From Myxococcota bacterium (GTDB lineage Bacteria; Myxococcota_A; SURF-8): a DNA stretch of 64,000 bases. Location of the stretch: the NCBI GenBank assembly GCA_963674735.2, contig CAXXQS010000001.1:1728001-1792000 (forward strand), in the 5' to 3' direction. Position 1 is the stretch's first letter. Each line of letters opens with the position of its first letter. Under the pieces are notes generated by a model. That model saw only the letters and a program-made list of their open reading frames with translations. It was not told where the DNA came from and made no database searches. Below, one piece after another: positions 46,242-55,924 of this stretch. The translations under genes were made by a program, and so were the position numbers.

Positions 46242-47689
46242 GGCGCCACCTCCCCGGCTACGACAGCTTCCGCTTGCGTTGTCTGTTTCGCCGTAGCATC
46301 CAGCCACTCCCGATTTTCCGGAGCGATCAAGATGCCTGTCACGCCGGGGCGTTCATGGATATATGTCCGCACAAAGTCCACAACATCTTCGCGCGTCACC
46401 TTTTTGAGGTTTTCGATATACTGTAAGCGATAGTCCATGTCGGCGACACACCACCAAAAGCCCAATTCGCGGGCAATGCTCTGAGACGCCTGCCAGCCGT
46501 ACAGATTATCAACGGCCAACAGCCGCTTGGCGCTGGCCAATTCTTCATCCGTAAAGTAATCCACCTCGACAAAATGGGCCGCTTCCGCACGCATGGCAGC
46601 CAAGGCCTGCCCCGCTTTCTGTGCTTCGGCAATACCCATGAAATGAATGGGACCGACATTGCGCTGCGTGTAATAGGAAACTTGCGCCCCCAGCAACATT
46701 CCCGAATCCACCAGACGTTTGTGGAATGTCGAAGCTTTCTGCGACAGGATAAATCCAAAGACATCGGCAGCATAGGTAGCCTTGCGGTCTTCATCCACGC
46801 TGGGACCGTGCCAGGCCAAGTCGATCGCCACATTCTGGAAAGGCCGTTCCACAACCACCATTTGTGCTTTTTCCATCGGTGGATGCTGTGGCGAAGGCCA
46901 CTCTTCAAAAGGCTCGACCCCCTTTGGCCACGACGAATATTGCTGAAATATCATATCCTTAACGGCCTCAAGCTGAACGTCGCCCGCCACAACCAACAGG
47001 GTATTGTTAGGCACATAAAAGCGATGCTGAATCGTCAACATTTGTTCGCGTGTGGTCTTACTGATCACATCCCGCTCGCCGATGACATTTTTGCGTGATG
47101 GGAAATGTGAAAACAACTTTTGGGTTACAGCTTGGCGTAGAAAGAAACGGGGATCCGATTCGTTTCGATCATACTCGCTGAGTACGGTTTGAATTTCGCG
47201 CTTGAGCTCCTGCTCGTCGAACAGCGGTCCCGTTAACGCGTGGTTCATGAATTCGAGCCCGGCGGCGAGGTTTTCCTTGGGTAGGGTAAAGAAATACTCT
47301 ACCGCCTCCGTCGAAGTCGTTCCGTTGAACGACATGCCCAATTCACGCATACGCGCCATATACGCTTCCTGATCCGGCAAGACCGCGTTGCCCTTGAAGA
47401 ACATATGCTCGTATAAATGCGAAAGACCGTCGTATTCAGGCGGTTCGGCGAAAGCTCCATTGCGTACCGCCGCGAGAATGGTCACCAGCGGCACGGTCGG
47501 CCGCTCCACAACAACGACTTCCAATCCGTTGTCAAGTGTGAAGCTCTTCACTTCTGCACTGGGATCGTTGAGTTTTTCCAGAGTCGGTAAAAGTGAAGCC
47601 GCACTCGGCGCAGGAGTCGCACAGCCGGTCAGCCCGCTCGCGGTTATCAAACCGACGACAATCCATAAAGACAACCATTTCGCTAACAT
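46238..47689 (-). CDS. M16 zinc peptidase, catalytic lipoprotein subunit
   Basis: HLYEHMFFKG inverzincin motif, NGTT, FYVPNN; lipobox LTGC. Confidence 0.9.
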   Translation of the reverse strand: MLAKWLSLWIVVGLITASGLTGCATPAPSAASLLPTLEKLNDPSAEVKSFTLDNGLEVVVVERPTVPLVTILAAVRNGAFAEPPEYDGLSHLYEHMFFKGNAVLPDQEAYMARMRELGMSFNGTTSTEAVEYFFTLPKENLAAGLEFMNHALTGPLFDEQELKREIQTVLSEYDRNESDPRFFLRQAVTQKLFSHFPSRKNVIGERDVISKTTREQMLTIQHRFYVPNNTLLVVAGDVQLEAVKDMIFQQYSSWPKGVEPFEEWPSPQHPPMEKAQMVVVERPFQNVAIDLAWHGPSVDEDRKATYAADVFGFILSQKASTFHKRLVDSGMLLGAQVSYYTQRNVGPIHFMGIAEAQKAGQALAAMRAEAAHFVEVDYFTDEELASAKRLLAVDNLYGWQASQSIARELGFWWCVADMDYRLQYIENLKKVTREDVVDFVRTYIHERPGVTGILIAPENREWLDATAKQTTQAEAVVAGEVAP

Positions 47690-47861
47690 CCGTTCGTCCT
47701 TTCTAAGCCGCACAATTCGCCTCAGCCTAACAACCGGCCTTTCAAAGTGCAAGTGGAATCCAAGCCTTCCTATTCCCGAAGGTCATGCATGGCATGCATG
47801 GAGGGTTCCGCAACCTGCAGAATTTACGTGATAATTTCAACTTGGATGCTATACTGTTATC

Positions 47862-48872
47862 ATGAAAGAAGCCATCCTGTACGATAAGAGAGAAAACGGA
47901 GCCGTTGCATGCCGTCTTTGCGCCCATCATTGCATAATCAAAGATGGAGAAACCGGACTCTGCGACGTTCGCAAAAACCGCGCTGGAGTCCTGTGGTCGG
48001 AAACCTATGAAAAAATCGTGACCACCCACATCGATCCCATCGAGAAAAAACCTCTATTTCATTACAAACCCGGAAGCTTGTCCTTTTCAGTCGCGACCGT
48101 CGGCTGCAACTTCCGTTGCACCTGGTGTCAGAACCACGATATCAGCCAATGGGCACATGAAGAACAGTCCCCACTACCCGGCCAAGCCATCGGACCGGAA
48201 GAACTGGCTCGTATGGCCGCCAACAACCGATGCGCCACCTTGGCCTTCACCTACACAGAACCGACCGTTTTCGCTGAAATCGCCCTCGATACCGCACGAG
48301 CTGCTGCTCCTTTGGGTGTCGATTCCATATTCGTGACCAACGGATACATGAGTTCTGAATTGATCGACACCTTCGGTCCGCTCATGAAGGGGGCCAATGT
48401 GGATCTGAAAGCCTTCAATGACGACACCTATCGCCAGTACACCGGAGCCCGGCTCCAGCCGGTTTGCGACAGTATCCGCCATTTGCATGAAAACGGAACC
48501 TGGGTGGAAATCACCACGCTGATCATCCCGGAATTGAATGATTCCGAGGCCGAACTGACCGCAATGGCCTCGTTTATCGCCGACATCGACCCGGCTATCC
48601 CGTGGCACATCTCCGCTTTTCATCCGACTTATCAGATGACCGACCGAAAACGGACACCCCTGGACACGCTGCACGCGGCCTACACGATCGGAAAACGCGC
48701 CGGCTTGCGTTTCGTCTATACCGGCAATGCACCGGGCGACCGTTACGAATCGACCTATTGTCCGAAATGCGGAACGGTCGTCATCGAGCGAACAGGTTTT
48801 CAAATCCTGTTCAACCGGATCGTCATGCAAAAATGTCCGACTTGCAACGAAACGATTGAAGGAGTGTATTGA
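47862..48872 (+). CDS. amrS: AmmeMemoRadiSam system radical SAM enzyme
   Basis: CRLCAHHC, IDPIEKKPLFH, GCNFRCTWCQN, VYTGN, CPKC. Confidence 0.9.
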   Translation: MKEAILYDKRENGAVACRLCAHHCIIKDGETGLCDVRKNRAGVLWSETYEKIVTTHIDPIEKKPLFHYKPGSLSFSVATVGCNFRCTWCQNHDISQWAHEEQSPLPGQAIGPEELARMAANNRCATLAFTYTEPTVFAEIALDTARAAAPLGVDSIFVTNGYMSSELIDTFGPLMKGANVDLKAFNDDTYRQYTGARLQPVCDSIRHLHENGTWVEITTLIIPELNDSEAELTAMASFIADIDPAIPWHISAFHPTYQMTDRKRTPLDTLHAAYTIGKRAGLRFVYTGNAPGDRYESTYCPKCGTVVIERTGFQILFNRIVMQKCPTCNETIEGVY

Positions 48873-48938
48873 CGACTCGCTTTCTCTCGGCTATGATGCC
48901 GCTATTCACTGTAACGCGGAGACGGAGGACGCCGACGC

Positions 48939-49334
48939 ATGAGTGCTTGGAAAAAATGGAGTTTGATTGCAGCAGCGGTTGGAGCGCTCCTTGTCTTGGC
49001 ACTAACCGTCCCGGCAGTCCGGCACGTCCTGCTTGCCCCCTCCGACATGGTGCAAGCCGTCTCGACCGGCATGGAGTTCAGGCGTTTGGAAACCATGATC
49101 GAAGGGTTTAGCAAGGAATACAAACGCTGGCCCACCGAAGATGAGTTTCACGAACTGGTCAATCAATCCATCGAGGCCGATCGTGGTGATTCTCTGAAAT
49201 CGAATGGATTGGTCGACCGCTGGGGTGAACCCTACAATTATTTTCGCCAAGGTTCGGGTTACGTTATAACCAGTATGGGCCCCGACCGACGCCCCGGAAG
49301 CAAAGACGATATCATTCTGCTCAAGAGGAAATGA
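48939..49334 (+). CDS. GspG/T2SS pseudopilin-like protein
   Basis: N-terminal TM segment; DRWGEPYNY...SMGPD...DDI C-terminal motif. Confidence 0.7.
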   Translation: MSAWKKWSLIAAAVGALLVLALTVPAVRHVLLAPSDMVQAVSTGMEFRRLETMIEGFSKEYKRWPTEDEFHELVNQSIEADRGDSLKSNGLVDRWGEPYNYFRQGSGYVITSMGPDRRPGSKDDIILLKRK

Positions 49335-49337
49335 TTC

Positions 49338-49898
49338 ATGAGCGCAAACACCTACAAACGAAAACGCTATCTAATTAAGAACGGCTTTCAGTTTGCCTAC
49401 ATCGGAAAGATTTTGCTTCTTGAACTCTTGGCTGTCGTCGTCACCGCGATTATTACCAGCTATCTCTTTCTTTTCGTTTTCAGCGACTCGAAGATGGTTT
49501 CGGCAGGTCCATACGGAACGGGAATCCTGATCAGTACGATCTTTCTGGTTATCATGCTGATGTTTATCCTTGCCTGGCTGGGTGTCCGTATTTCCCATCG
49601 AATTGCTGGGCCGATCTACCGTTTCGAACAAACCTTCAAAGAAATACGTCAAGGAAATCTGCGGGCCCGCATCTATCTTCGCCAAAAAGATGAAATGAAG
49701 CCGCTCGCAGGTGCCTTTAATGAGATGATGGCTTCGCTGCTCGACCGCTACCCGCAACTTGAAAACGAAAGCCCAACCGAGAGTAGTATCGATATCAAAC
49801 TCCAAGAGGTCACCGCCGCCCTTGGACGCAGCGAGCTGCCTGCCAACGACAAAGACAAGTATCGTAAAGTGCTTGAAGGATTGAAGGGAAAGCTGTAG
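49338..49898 (+). CDS. Two-TM HAMP-domain protein
   Basis: KRKRYLI..FQ, SHRIAGPIYRF, LRQKDEMKPLAGAFNEM. Confidence 0.8.
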   Translation: MSANTYKRKRYLIKNGFQFAYIGKILLLELLAVVVTAIITSYLFLFVFSDSKMVSAGPYGTGILISTIFLVIMLMFILAWLGVRISHRIAGPIYRFEQTFKEIRQGNLRARIYLRQKDEMKPLAGAFNEMMASLLDRYPQLENESPTESSIDIKLQEVTAALGRSELPANDKDKYRKVLEGLKGKL

Positions 49899-49902
49899 CC
49901 CG

Positions 49903-50020
49903 AAAAAAAGAATATGGGCTTGGCAATCCCCAACCTTAAATGTAACCACTCTGCCACTTGGGGGGGACGGTGGGACTCTAAAGCAGTTACCCTAAGGCCG
50001 GGGATTCCCAAGCCCATCTA
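49903..50020 (-). ncRNA. Candidate ~115-nt rod-shaped sRNA with its own promoter
   Basis: Long imperfect hairpin 49914-50017; minus-strand TTGACA (50055-50050), N17, CATCAT; T-tract at the 3' end. Confidence 0.55.
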
Positions 50021-50175
50021 CCTATCATGATGCCGAAAGTGGCTGGATTTGTCAAGTGCTTTGGGAACATGCCAAACGACATTTTTTTTTCGCCAATCAG
50101 AAAATGTAGAGGAGAAGCGTTCTGATATCCCTTTGGTTTTCATTAATTCTTCCTATCCTCTTTATTCTGAGCAGC

Positions 50176-50682
50176 ATGGTAGGATTCACTTTGATCGGCA
50201 ATGGTTTTCGCGGTGTACTGGCTCAACGGCTGGTGGTCATCAATTTGCACGCTAAAAGCCATCAAGCCACGCGTGAGATAAATGGATTTCGCGCGAGATT
50301 GTGGGGAATTGCAACGCTTGTTGCAGGTTCTACTTTAACATTTGTCGCTTTGTGGGGATTTGCCCAAAACTACGATTTTCTTTCTTCCCCCGCCTATTTA
50401 CAGTACATCCTCCCCTCCGTGGAGGGCCAAGAAGTTATTTATGGTTTGGGAAATGGCGACGACCTCGAAATCGCCTATGGATTCCATCGCGACAAAATGT
50501 TGGTTTACCGGGAATTCAGCCGTGGCATGCAAGACGATGGCTGGACTTTGCTTCGTGATACCCCGATTTCTATCGTGGCAGCCAAGCAAGAGCACCAAGT
50601 AACTCTCTCGTTTATCGGCATGCGGCCGGGAGACCAGAAAAGCTTTCCTTGTAAAGTGATCATCAGATATCATCGAGAGTGA
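50176..50682 (+). CDS. Hypothetical membrane-anchored protein
   Basis: ORF with one hydrophobic segment; start uncertain. Confidence 0.55.
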   Translation: MVGFTLIGNGFRGVLAQRLVVINLHAKSHQATREINGFRARLWGIATLVAGSTLTFVALWGFAQNYDFLSSPAYLQYILPSVEGQEVIYGLGNGDDLEIAYGFHRDKMLVYREFSRGMQDDGWTLLRDTPISIVAAKQEHQVTLSFIGMRPGDQKSFPCKVIIRYHRE

Positions 50683-51103
50683 TGGACATTCGAACGTGCG
50701 GGATACCAGCCTCCAGAAATGGCAATCCCTCTTCGACAAACCCCAACGTAAGATAAAAAATCCGGGCGGACGCTTGAGAATCCAGCACAATGCGGGAAAA
50801 CCCCTCTCGACGGGCATCGGCCAGTAACTTTTTTACGATCTGACGTCCCACCCCCTGACGACGAAACTCGGGTAGGACCGCCATTCTCTGCAGCTTCACT
50901 TCCCGCCCTTGCGGCAGCAATCGGACGGCTCCAGCCGGAATACCGTCAACCCATGCCAGATAATGAATCGCCTCAGCATCGTACCCATCCTGCTCCAATT
51001 CTTCGGGAATTACCTGTTCTTCAACAAACACCTTCCGGCGAATAGCCAGAGCCTGTTCAATTTCAACCGCCGTTTGGCAACGCCCAACTTGATATTCTTC
51101 CAT
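50663..51103 (-). CDS. GNAT acetyltransferase (ElaA/YjcF-like)
   Basis: IRRKVFVEEQ, RMAVLPEFRRQGVG, FLEAGIPHVRM. Confidence 0.9.
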   Translation of the reverse strand: MEEYQVGRCQTAVEIEQALAIRRKVFVEEQVIPEELEQDGYDAEAIHYLAWVDGIPAGAVRLLPQGREVKLQRMAVLPEFRRQGVGRQIVKKLLADARREGFSRIVLDSQASARIFYLTLGFVEEGLPFLEAGIPHVRMSITLDDI

Positions 51104-51268
51104 TCACAGTCTCCTCATGTAACGGCGAGTTCCCCAAAAGTGTGCTATTCTATCATGTGTGAATCATGATCGCTACCCCCCCCGATTTTGATTATCCGAC
51201 TCTTTCCGTACCCCAAACGACAGACGGGACGGATCAAGCAAGTCACGTACTCAGATTCATTTTTGTGC

Positions 51269-51308
51269 TTGACTTTCCAGTGGCTTGGGATAGAGTGAGT
51301 ACTCACTC
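51269..51308 (+). promoter_or_regulatory. Promoter with perfect 16-bp palindromic operator (likely TetR site)
   Basis: TTGACT, N16, TAGAGT; GAGTGAGTACTCACTC at 51293-51308 overlaps the -10. Confidence 0.7.
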
Positions 51309-51385
51309 GCTCAGGCGCAGCGTCTTCAGATCACCCACAAACAGCGCCTTGGGACTTTCTTTTCCCTTTCGCTTTGGAGGCGTAA

Positions 51386-52495
51386 ATGAGCAAGTTTTTT
51401 CTACTAGGCGGTTGTGCAAAGATGGCTATTCCCGCATTGCGTGAATTGGCCGCCGATCCCACTGTAGAAGCTGTGACACTGGCGGACATTAATGCCGACG
51501 CTGCCCGACAAACGGCCGAAAAGACCGGAACCAAATTCACCGGAATCGGTGTCGATGCCCTGGACCACGACACGCTGGTCACAGCTCTTCGCGGTCATGA
51601 TGTTGCGATGGGATACGTCGGTCCCTTCTACTTGTTCGAAGAAAAAGTTGCCCGAGCCTGCATCGACGCAGGCGTTCATTATGTCTCGATTTCCGACGAT
51701 TTCGACGCCTATCTGGCCGTGGAGCCCTTGCATGAAGATGCTCGAAAAGCCGGAGTCACCGTCATCACAGGGCTAGGGAACTCACCCGGGCTGACGAACA
51801 TCCTCGCCAAAAAGGGCTATTTGTCGATGGACACGCCCGAGCGAATCAACGTCTCCTGGACAGGCGGATCGGACGAAGAAGTCGGCCCCGCCAACATCAA
51901 GCACGTCATGCACATTTTCGAGGGTGAAACCCTGCAATGGATGGACGGTCAGGAAGTGCGTGTCCGCACGGGCCACGGGGAAAAAGTTGTTGAATTTCCC
52001 TCACCTATCGGTATTCAAACGGTCTTCTATACGGGTCACGCCGAATCGGTCTCGATTCCGCGAAACCTGAAAGGGCTGAAGGAAGTCACCTTGCATGGCG
52101 GCGTGCGCCCTGTCTGGGCCGCGCGTTTGGCGACTGCCTTCGGCAGTCTCGGCATAACCACCAGCCACAAAAAACGGGAAATGCTGGCCAAACTACTGAC
52201 CCCCGCTTTGGGGCTATTCACCTTGGGCGGCACCGCCGACAAATCGGTATTTCGCATCGATGTTTACGGCAACCATGAAGGTCAACCGCGACACCACTTC
52301 TATACTGGAGTTGGGCACATCGCCGAAATAACCTCCATGCCCTGCGTAGAGGGCGCAATCATGGTCGCAAATCGTGAAATCATCGAACCGGGAGTTTTTG
52401 CTGCCGAGGCGATTCTCGATCCCGATGTTTTTCTACCGCGCATGGCCAAGCGCGGTGTCACGCTTACATATTACGAGGGAGTGCGCCAAGCATGA
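51386..52495 (+). CDS. Saccharopine dehydrogenase-like NAD(P) oxidoreductase
   Basis: Rossmann N-terminus, VGPFY, AGVHYVSISDD, GLGNSPGLTN. Confidence 0.85.
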   Translation: MSKFFLLGGCAKMAIPALRELAADPTVEAVTLADINADAARQTAEKTGTKFTGIGVDALDHDTLVTALRGHDVAMGYVGPFYLFEEKVARACIDAGVHYVSISDDFDAYLAVEPLHEDARKAGVTVITGLGNSPGLTNILAKKGYLSMDTPERINVSWTGGSDEEVGPANIKHVMHIFEGETLQWMDGQEVRVRTGHGEKVVEFPSPIGIQTVFYTGHAESVSIPRNLKGLKEVTLHGGVRPVWAARLATAFGSLGITTSHKKREMLAKLLTPALGLFTLGGTADKSVFRIDVYGNHEGQPRHHFYTGVGHIAEITSMPCVEGAIMVANREIIEPGVFAAEAILDPDVFLPRMAKRGVTLTYYEGVRQA

Positions 52496-53178
52496 TTCGT
52501 TCCGGTCTTCATCACATCCCCGCTCAGAAACGCGACCGCCTGATCAAGGCTGCCAGCAAGGAATTCGCCGTCAATGGTTTCCACAAGGCAAACGTCAACA
52601 TCATCGCCATGCAAGCGGGTATTTCCGTCGGCTCGATATACAATTACTTCGACAGCAAAGAGGATCTTTACGCCGCCACCTTTCAGTATGGTTACGGACT
52701 ACTTTCGTCCTGCTTTGAGGAAGCTCTGGCACTTAAAAGTACGCTTCCGGAACGTTTGCGGACTTTATTTGTCGAATCCTGCCGTATGGCCCGGCGACAT
52801 CCCTACTTCATGCAATTGTATCTGAATCTGGCTTCGGGTGGAGTTGATCAACTGACCAAAAAACATTCGGAAGCCGTCGAAAAAGCCGGTTCTGCGGCTT
52901 ATGCCGTGTTTTTCCAGCAAGCTCGCGAAAACGGCGAACTTGGGCCGAATTTCGACCCCGTCACGGCTTCATTCGTGATCGACAACAACTTATTTTGTCT
53001 GGCCGCTTCTTTTGGGAGTACACTGTTCCGGATCCGACAACGCGAATATCTGGGCCAGAGCGGGCGTCTGAACGATGCCGAGATCGAACAGATCGTCGAT
53101 AAGGTGCTGGACCAGCTTTTTACCGGTCTCGATGTGATCAAGGTGGGACAACTCGCCCATCCGACATCTAACGATTGA
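52492..53178 (+). CDS. TetR/AcrR family regulator
   Basis: EFAVNGFHKANVNIIA..AGISVGSIYNYFDSKEDL. Confidence 0.92.
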   Translation: MIRSGLHHIPAQKRDRLIKAASKEFAVNGFHKANVNIIAMQAGISVGSIYNYFDSKEDLYAATFQYGYGLLSSCFEEALALKSTLPERLRTLFVESCRMARRHPYFMQLYLNLASGGVDQLTKKHSEAVEKAGSAAYAVFFQQARENGELGPNFDPVTASFVIDNNLFCLAASFGSTLFRIRQREYLGQSGRLNDAEIEQIVDKVLDQLFTGLDVIKVGQLAHPTSND

Positions 53179-53199
53179 TAAATGGACAGAGGTGAAACC

Positions 53200-53961
53200 A
53201 TGGACAAGGAATTGATTAAAGCCAACCTTCATCTGCATGCGGTTCTGCCGCGTCTTGAAGAATTGCTTCGCCTGGACGATGAAGCCAAAACGGTGGCTAA
53301 AGACATGAACGTCACCATTCGATTTGTCGTAAAGGGCGGACCTACCGTTCAGATCGTCTTCAAAAACGGTGTAGCCAAAGCTAACTTGAAGCCGGTCGGA
53401 AAAAACAACATCGGATTGCTTTTCCTATCCTGCGAGCAACTCAATCGCATGTTCAATGGTGAGAAGGTAATCCCGATCCCCTACAAAGGTATCCACCGGA
53501 TCAAGGATCTCAAGGCTTTTACGCGTCTCACCGAATTGCTGACGAAATACCTCAAGCCGACGGACGCCGACATGACCGACCCGTCTTTCAAGAAAAAAGC
53601 TGTCGAGATGTCGCTTATGACAGGGCTTAATGGCGCGCGCGTCATAGCCGAATTCGACACCAAGATGAAAAAAGTCGCCGACAAGTTGCCCAGCGGAACG
53701 ATTGAATACAATATTCTGCCGGACGGTCCCCAGGCACATGTCATTGTCGAACGCGGACATATTTCCGCTTATAACGGCCCCATCAACAGCCCGACCGGAA
53801 CGCTCGAAATCAATGGCGTCGATCTCGCAGCCGATCTATTCGCCAACAAGGTCGATAGTTTTGCCGTGCTGGGTGCGGGAGATTTACGCGCCAGCGGACT
53901 TCTGCCTCTCATCGACGAATTCAGCGCGCTCAGCGACCGCGTCGCGCTTTATCTGAACTAA
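53200..53961 (+). CDS. Hypothetical protein, possible tandem SCP2 (sterol-carrier-like) domains
   Basis: GAGGTG RBS; two similar alpha/beta halves; fold is inference. Confidence 0.6.
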   Translation: MDKELIKANLHLHAVLPRLEELLRLDDEAKTVAKDMNVTIRFVVKGGPTVQIVFKNGVAKANLKPVGKNNIGLLFLSCEQLNRMFNGEKVIPIPYKGIHRIKDLKAFTRLTELLTKYLKPTDADMTDPSFKKKAVEMSLMTGLNGARVIAEFDTKMKKVADKLPSGTIEYNILPDGPQAHVIVERGHISAYNGPINSPTGTLEINGVDLAADLFANKVDSFAVLGAGDLRASGLLPLIDEFSALSDRVALYLN

Positions 53962-53984
53962 GTGTTAACGCCAAGGAGGACACA

Positions 53985-55223
53985 ATGACCCTCTATTCAT
54001 TCGATAATTCAAATGACATGTTTCAACGCGCGGCGAAAGTGATCCCGAGTGGGATTTCGGGTAACAAGAACCCGGCCTTCGCCGTTCCGGGAGCCTTCCC
54101 GTACTTCTGCGAACGGGGTGAAGGCTGCCGCTATTGGGATGTCGACGGCAACGAGTACATCGATTACCTAGCCGGTTACGGCCCCATCGTTCTCGGTTAC
54201 AATCACCCGGAGGTTGAGGAAGCCGCCAATGCGCAACGTGAGCAAGGCTACACCTTCAACCACCCCACCCCCCGTTCGGTCGAATTGGCCGAGCGCATGG
54301 TGAATCTGGTCAATTTCGCCGACTGGGCCGTGTTCGCCCGTAACGGCTCCGATGTCACCACCTACGCCATGCTGGTAGCGCGCGAGCACACCCAGCGCCG
54401 AAAAGTCATTATCGCCAAAGGAGCCTACCACGGTTCTCATGCCTGGTGCACTCCCGGTCATGGCGGTCTGATCGAAGAGGATACGAAACAGGTTCTAACG
54501 TTCAAGTGGAACGACATCGACGAGCTGTACGATCTGGTACGCAAGAACGACGGCGATGTGGCGGCCATCATGCTAACCCCATATCATCATCCCGCCTTTG
54601 CGAATCAGGAAATGCCCGCCCCCGGATTTTGGCAAGATGTCCGTCGGCTCTGCGACGACAACGGGATCGTTCTCATCCTCGATGACGTGCGCGCCGGTTT
54701 CCGTTTGCACGCGCGTGGATCGCACGAGTATTTCGATTTCCAACCCGATATGTCCTGCTATTGCAAAGCCATTGCCAACGGTTATTGCGTCAGTTCCGCC
54801 GTCGGTCGTGGCGAGTTCAAGAACGCCGCTTCGCGCGTGTTTTTCACGGGCACGTTTTACACCAGTGCCGTTGAAATCGCGGCGGCGCTTAAAACCATCG
54901 ACATTCTCGAGCAAACCAACGCCGTCGAAAAAATGATGAAAAGTGGAACAATGCTTCAGGAAGGTCTCAAACAGCGAGCCGAGAAGCACGGACTACAGGT
55001 CACAATTACCGGTCCGCCGACCATCCCCTACATGACCTTTGCCAACGAAACCAACTTCCGCCGCATGCAACTCTTCTCCGGAGAAGCGGCCAAGCGGGGC
55101 GCAATTTTGCATCCGCACCACAACTGGTTTATCATGGCCGCCCACGAAGAAGCCGATATCCAGAAAACACTGGATATCTGTGACGAGGCTTTCGCCGTCG
55201 TAAAAGAGAACTTCGGAAGCTAA
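53985..55223 (+). CDS. Class III PLP aminotransferase (GSA aminomutase-like)
   Basis: WDVDGNEYIDY, NGSD, YHG, LILDDVRAGFR, CKAIANG (PLP Lys), GTF. Confidence 0.9.
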   Translation: MTLYSFDNSNDMFQRAAKVIPSGISGNKNPAFAVPGAFPYFCERGEGCRYWDVDGNEYIDYLAGYGPIVLGYNHPEVEEAANAQREQGYTFNHPTPRSVELAERMVNLVNFADWAVFARNGSDVTTYAMLVAREHTQRRKVIIAKGAYHGSHAWCTPGHGGLIEEDTKQVLTFKWNDIDELYDLVRKNDGDVAAIMLTPYHHPAFANQEMPAPGFWQDVRRLCDDNGIVLILDDVRAGFRLHARGSHEYFDFQPDMSCYCKAIANGYCVSSAVGRGEFKNAASRVFFTGTFYTSAVEIAAALKTIDILEQTNAVEKMMKSGTMLQEGLKQRAEKHGLQVTITGPPTIPYMTFANETNFRRMQLFSGEAAKRGAILHPHHNWFIMAAHEEADIQKTLDICDEAFAVVKENFGS

Positions 55224-55237
55224 TCCCGTGAACCGAC

Positions 55238-55267
55238 ACCCGGACGGTCACAAGCCGTCCGGGTTTT
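55238..55267 (+). terminator. Rho-independent terminator
   Basis: ACCCGGACGG / CCGTCCGGGT followed by TTT. Confidence 0.7.
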
Positions 55268-55282
55268 ACTTTAAGCGAGATC

Positions 55283-55918
55283 ATGCAACCCTTTAGCGCC
55301 CGCGCCGTCATCTTCGATCTCGATGGGACTCTGACACCCGTTACCAGCCCCTGGCGGCTTGTTCATGAGGCATTCGGCGTCTGGGATCAAGCTCGTGCCT
55401 ATCACGATAGTTTTTTTGCCGGAGAGATCGACTACCCAACATGGGCCGATCTTGATGCGGCCCTATGGACCGGGCACTCGCTTAAAGAAATCACCGACGT
55501 ACTCGATCGGATCGAACCGACTCCCCCCGCGATCGATATACTTCAGGAAACGGCCGAACACTCCCTTTCCGATGGGACTCCGCTGCCGATCCTGATTCTC
55601 TCAAGTGGGTTTGATGGTGTGGCTCGACGGGTTCTAAACCGAGCCGGGTTGCTCAACGGACGCATCCAGGTCATCGCCAACGGCATCGAGGAACGAGAGG
55701 GGCACCCGGTAGGAGTTACGCGGGTTTCACTAAACGATCCCGAGCGGGGAAAACGAGCGCACCTGATGCGTTTTCTGGGCGACCACAAGGTATTCCCGTC
55801 CGAAGCCATCGCAGTGGATGATCGTGCCGAAGATCGTGATCTATTCCACGATTTCGGAGCGTTTCTACATGTGACCACCCCCGACGATCTTTATCGATTG
55901 CGCGACTACCTACGCTGA
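55283..55918 (+). CDS. HAD-family phosphatase (PSP-like)
   Basis: FDLDGTL, LSSG, GK, AVDD...D. Confidence 0.85.
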   Translation: MQPFSARAVIFDLDGTLTPVTSPWRLVHEAFGVWDQARAYHDSFFAGEIDYPTWADLDAALWTGHSLKEITDVLDRIEPTPPAIDILQETAEHSLSDGTPLPILILSSGFDGVARRVLNRAGLLNGRIQVIANGIEEREGHPVGVTRVSLNDPERGKRAHLMRFLGDHKVFPSEAIAVDDRAEDRDLFHDFGAFLHVTTPDDLYRLRDYLR

Positions 55919-55924
55919 ATTCGG

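Noticed and set aside
49903-50020. Assignment of the rod hairpin as SRP RNA or canonical 6S RNA
   Set aside because: It lacks the SRP CAGG-GNRA-AGCA motif and is much shorter than typical 6S; kept only as an unknown sRNA candidate.
53985-55223. Calling the aminotransferase hemL
   Set aside because: It lacks the typical PGGVNSPVR motif and has no tetrapyrrole gene context.
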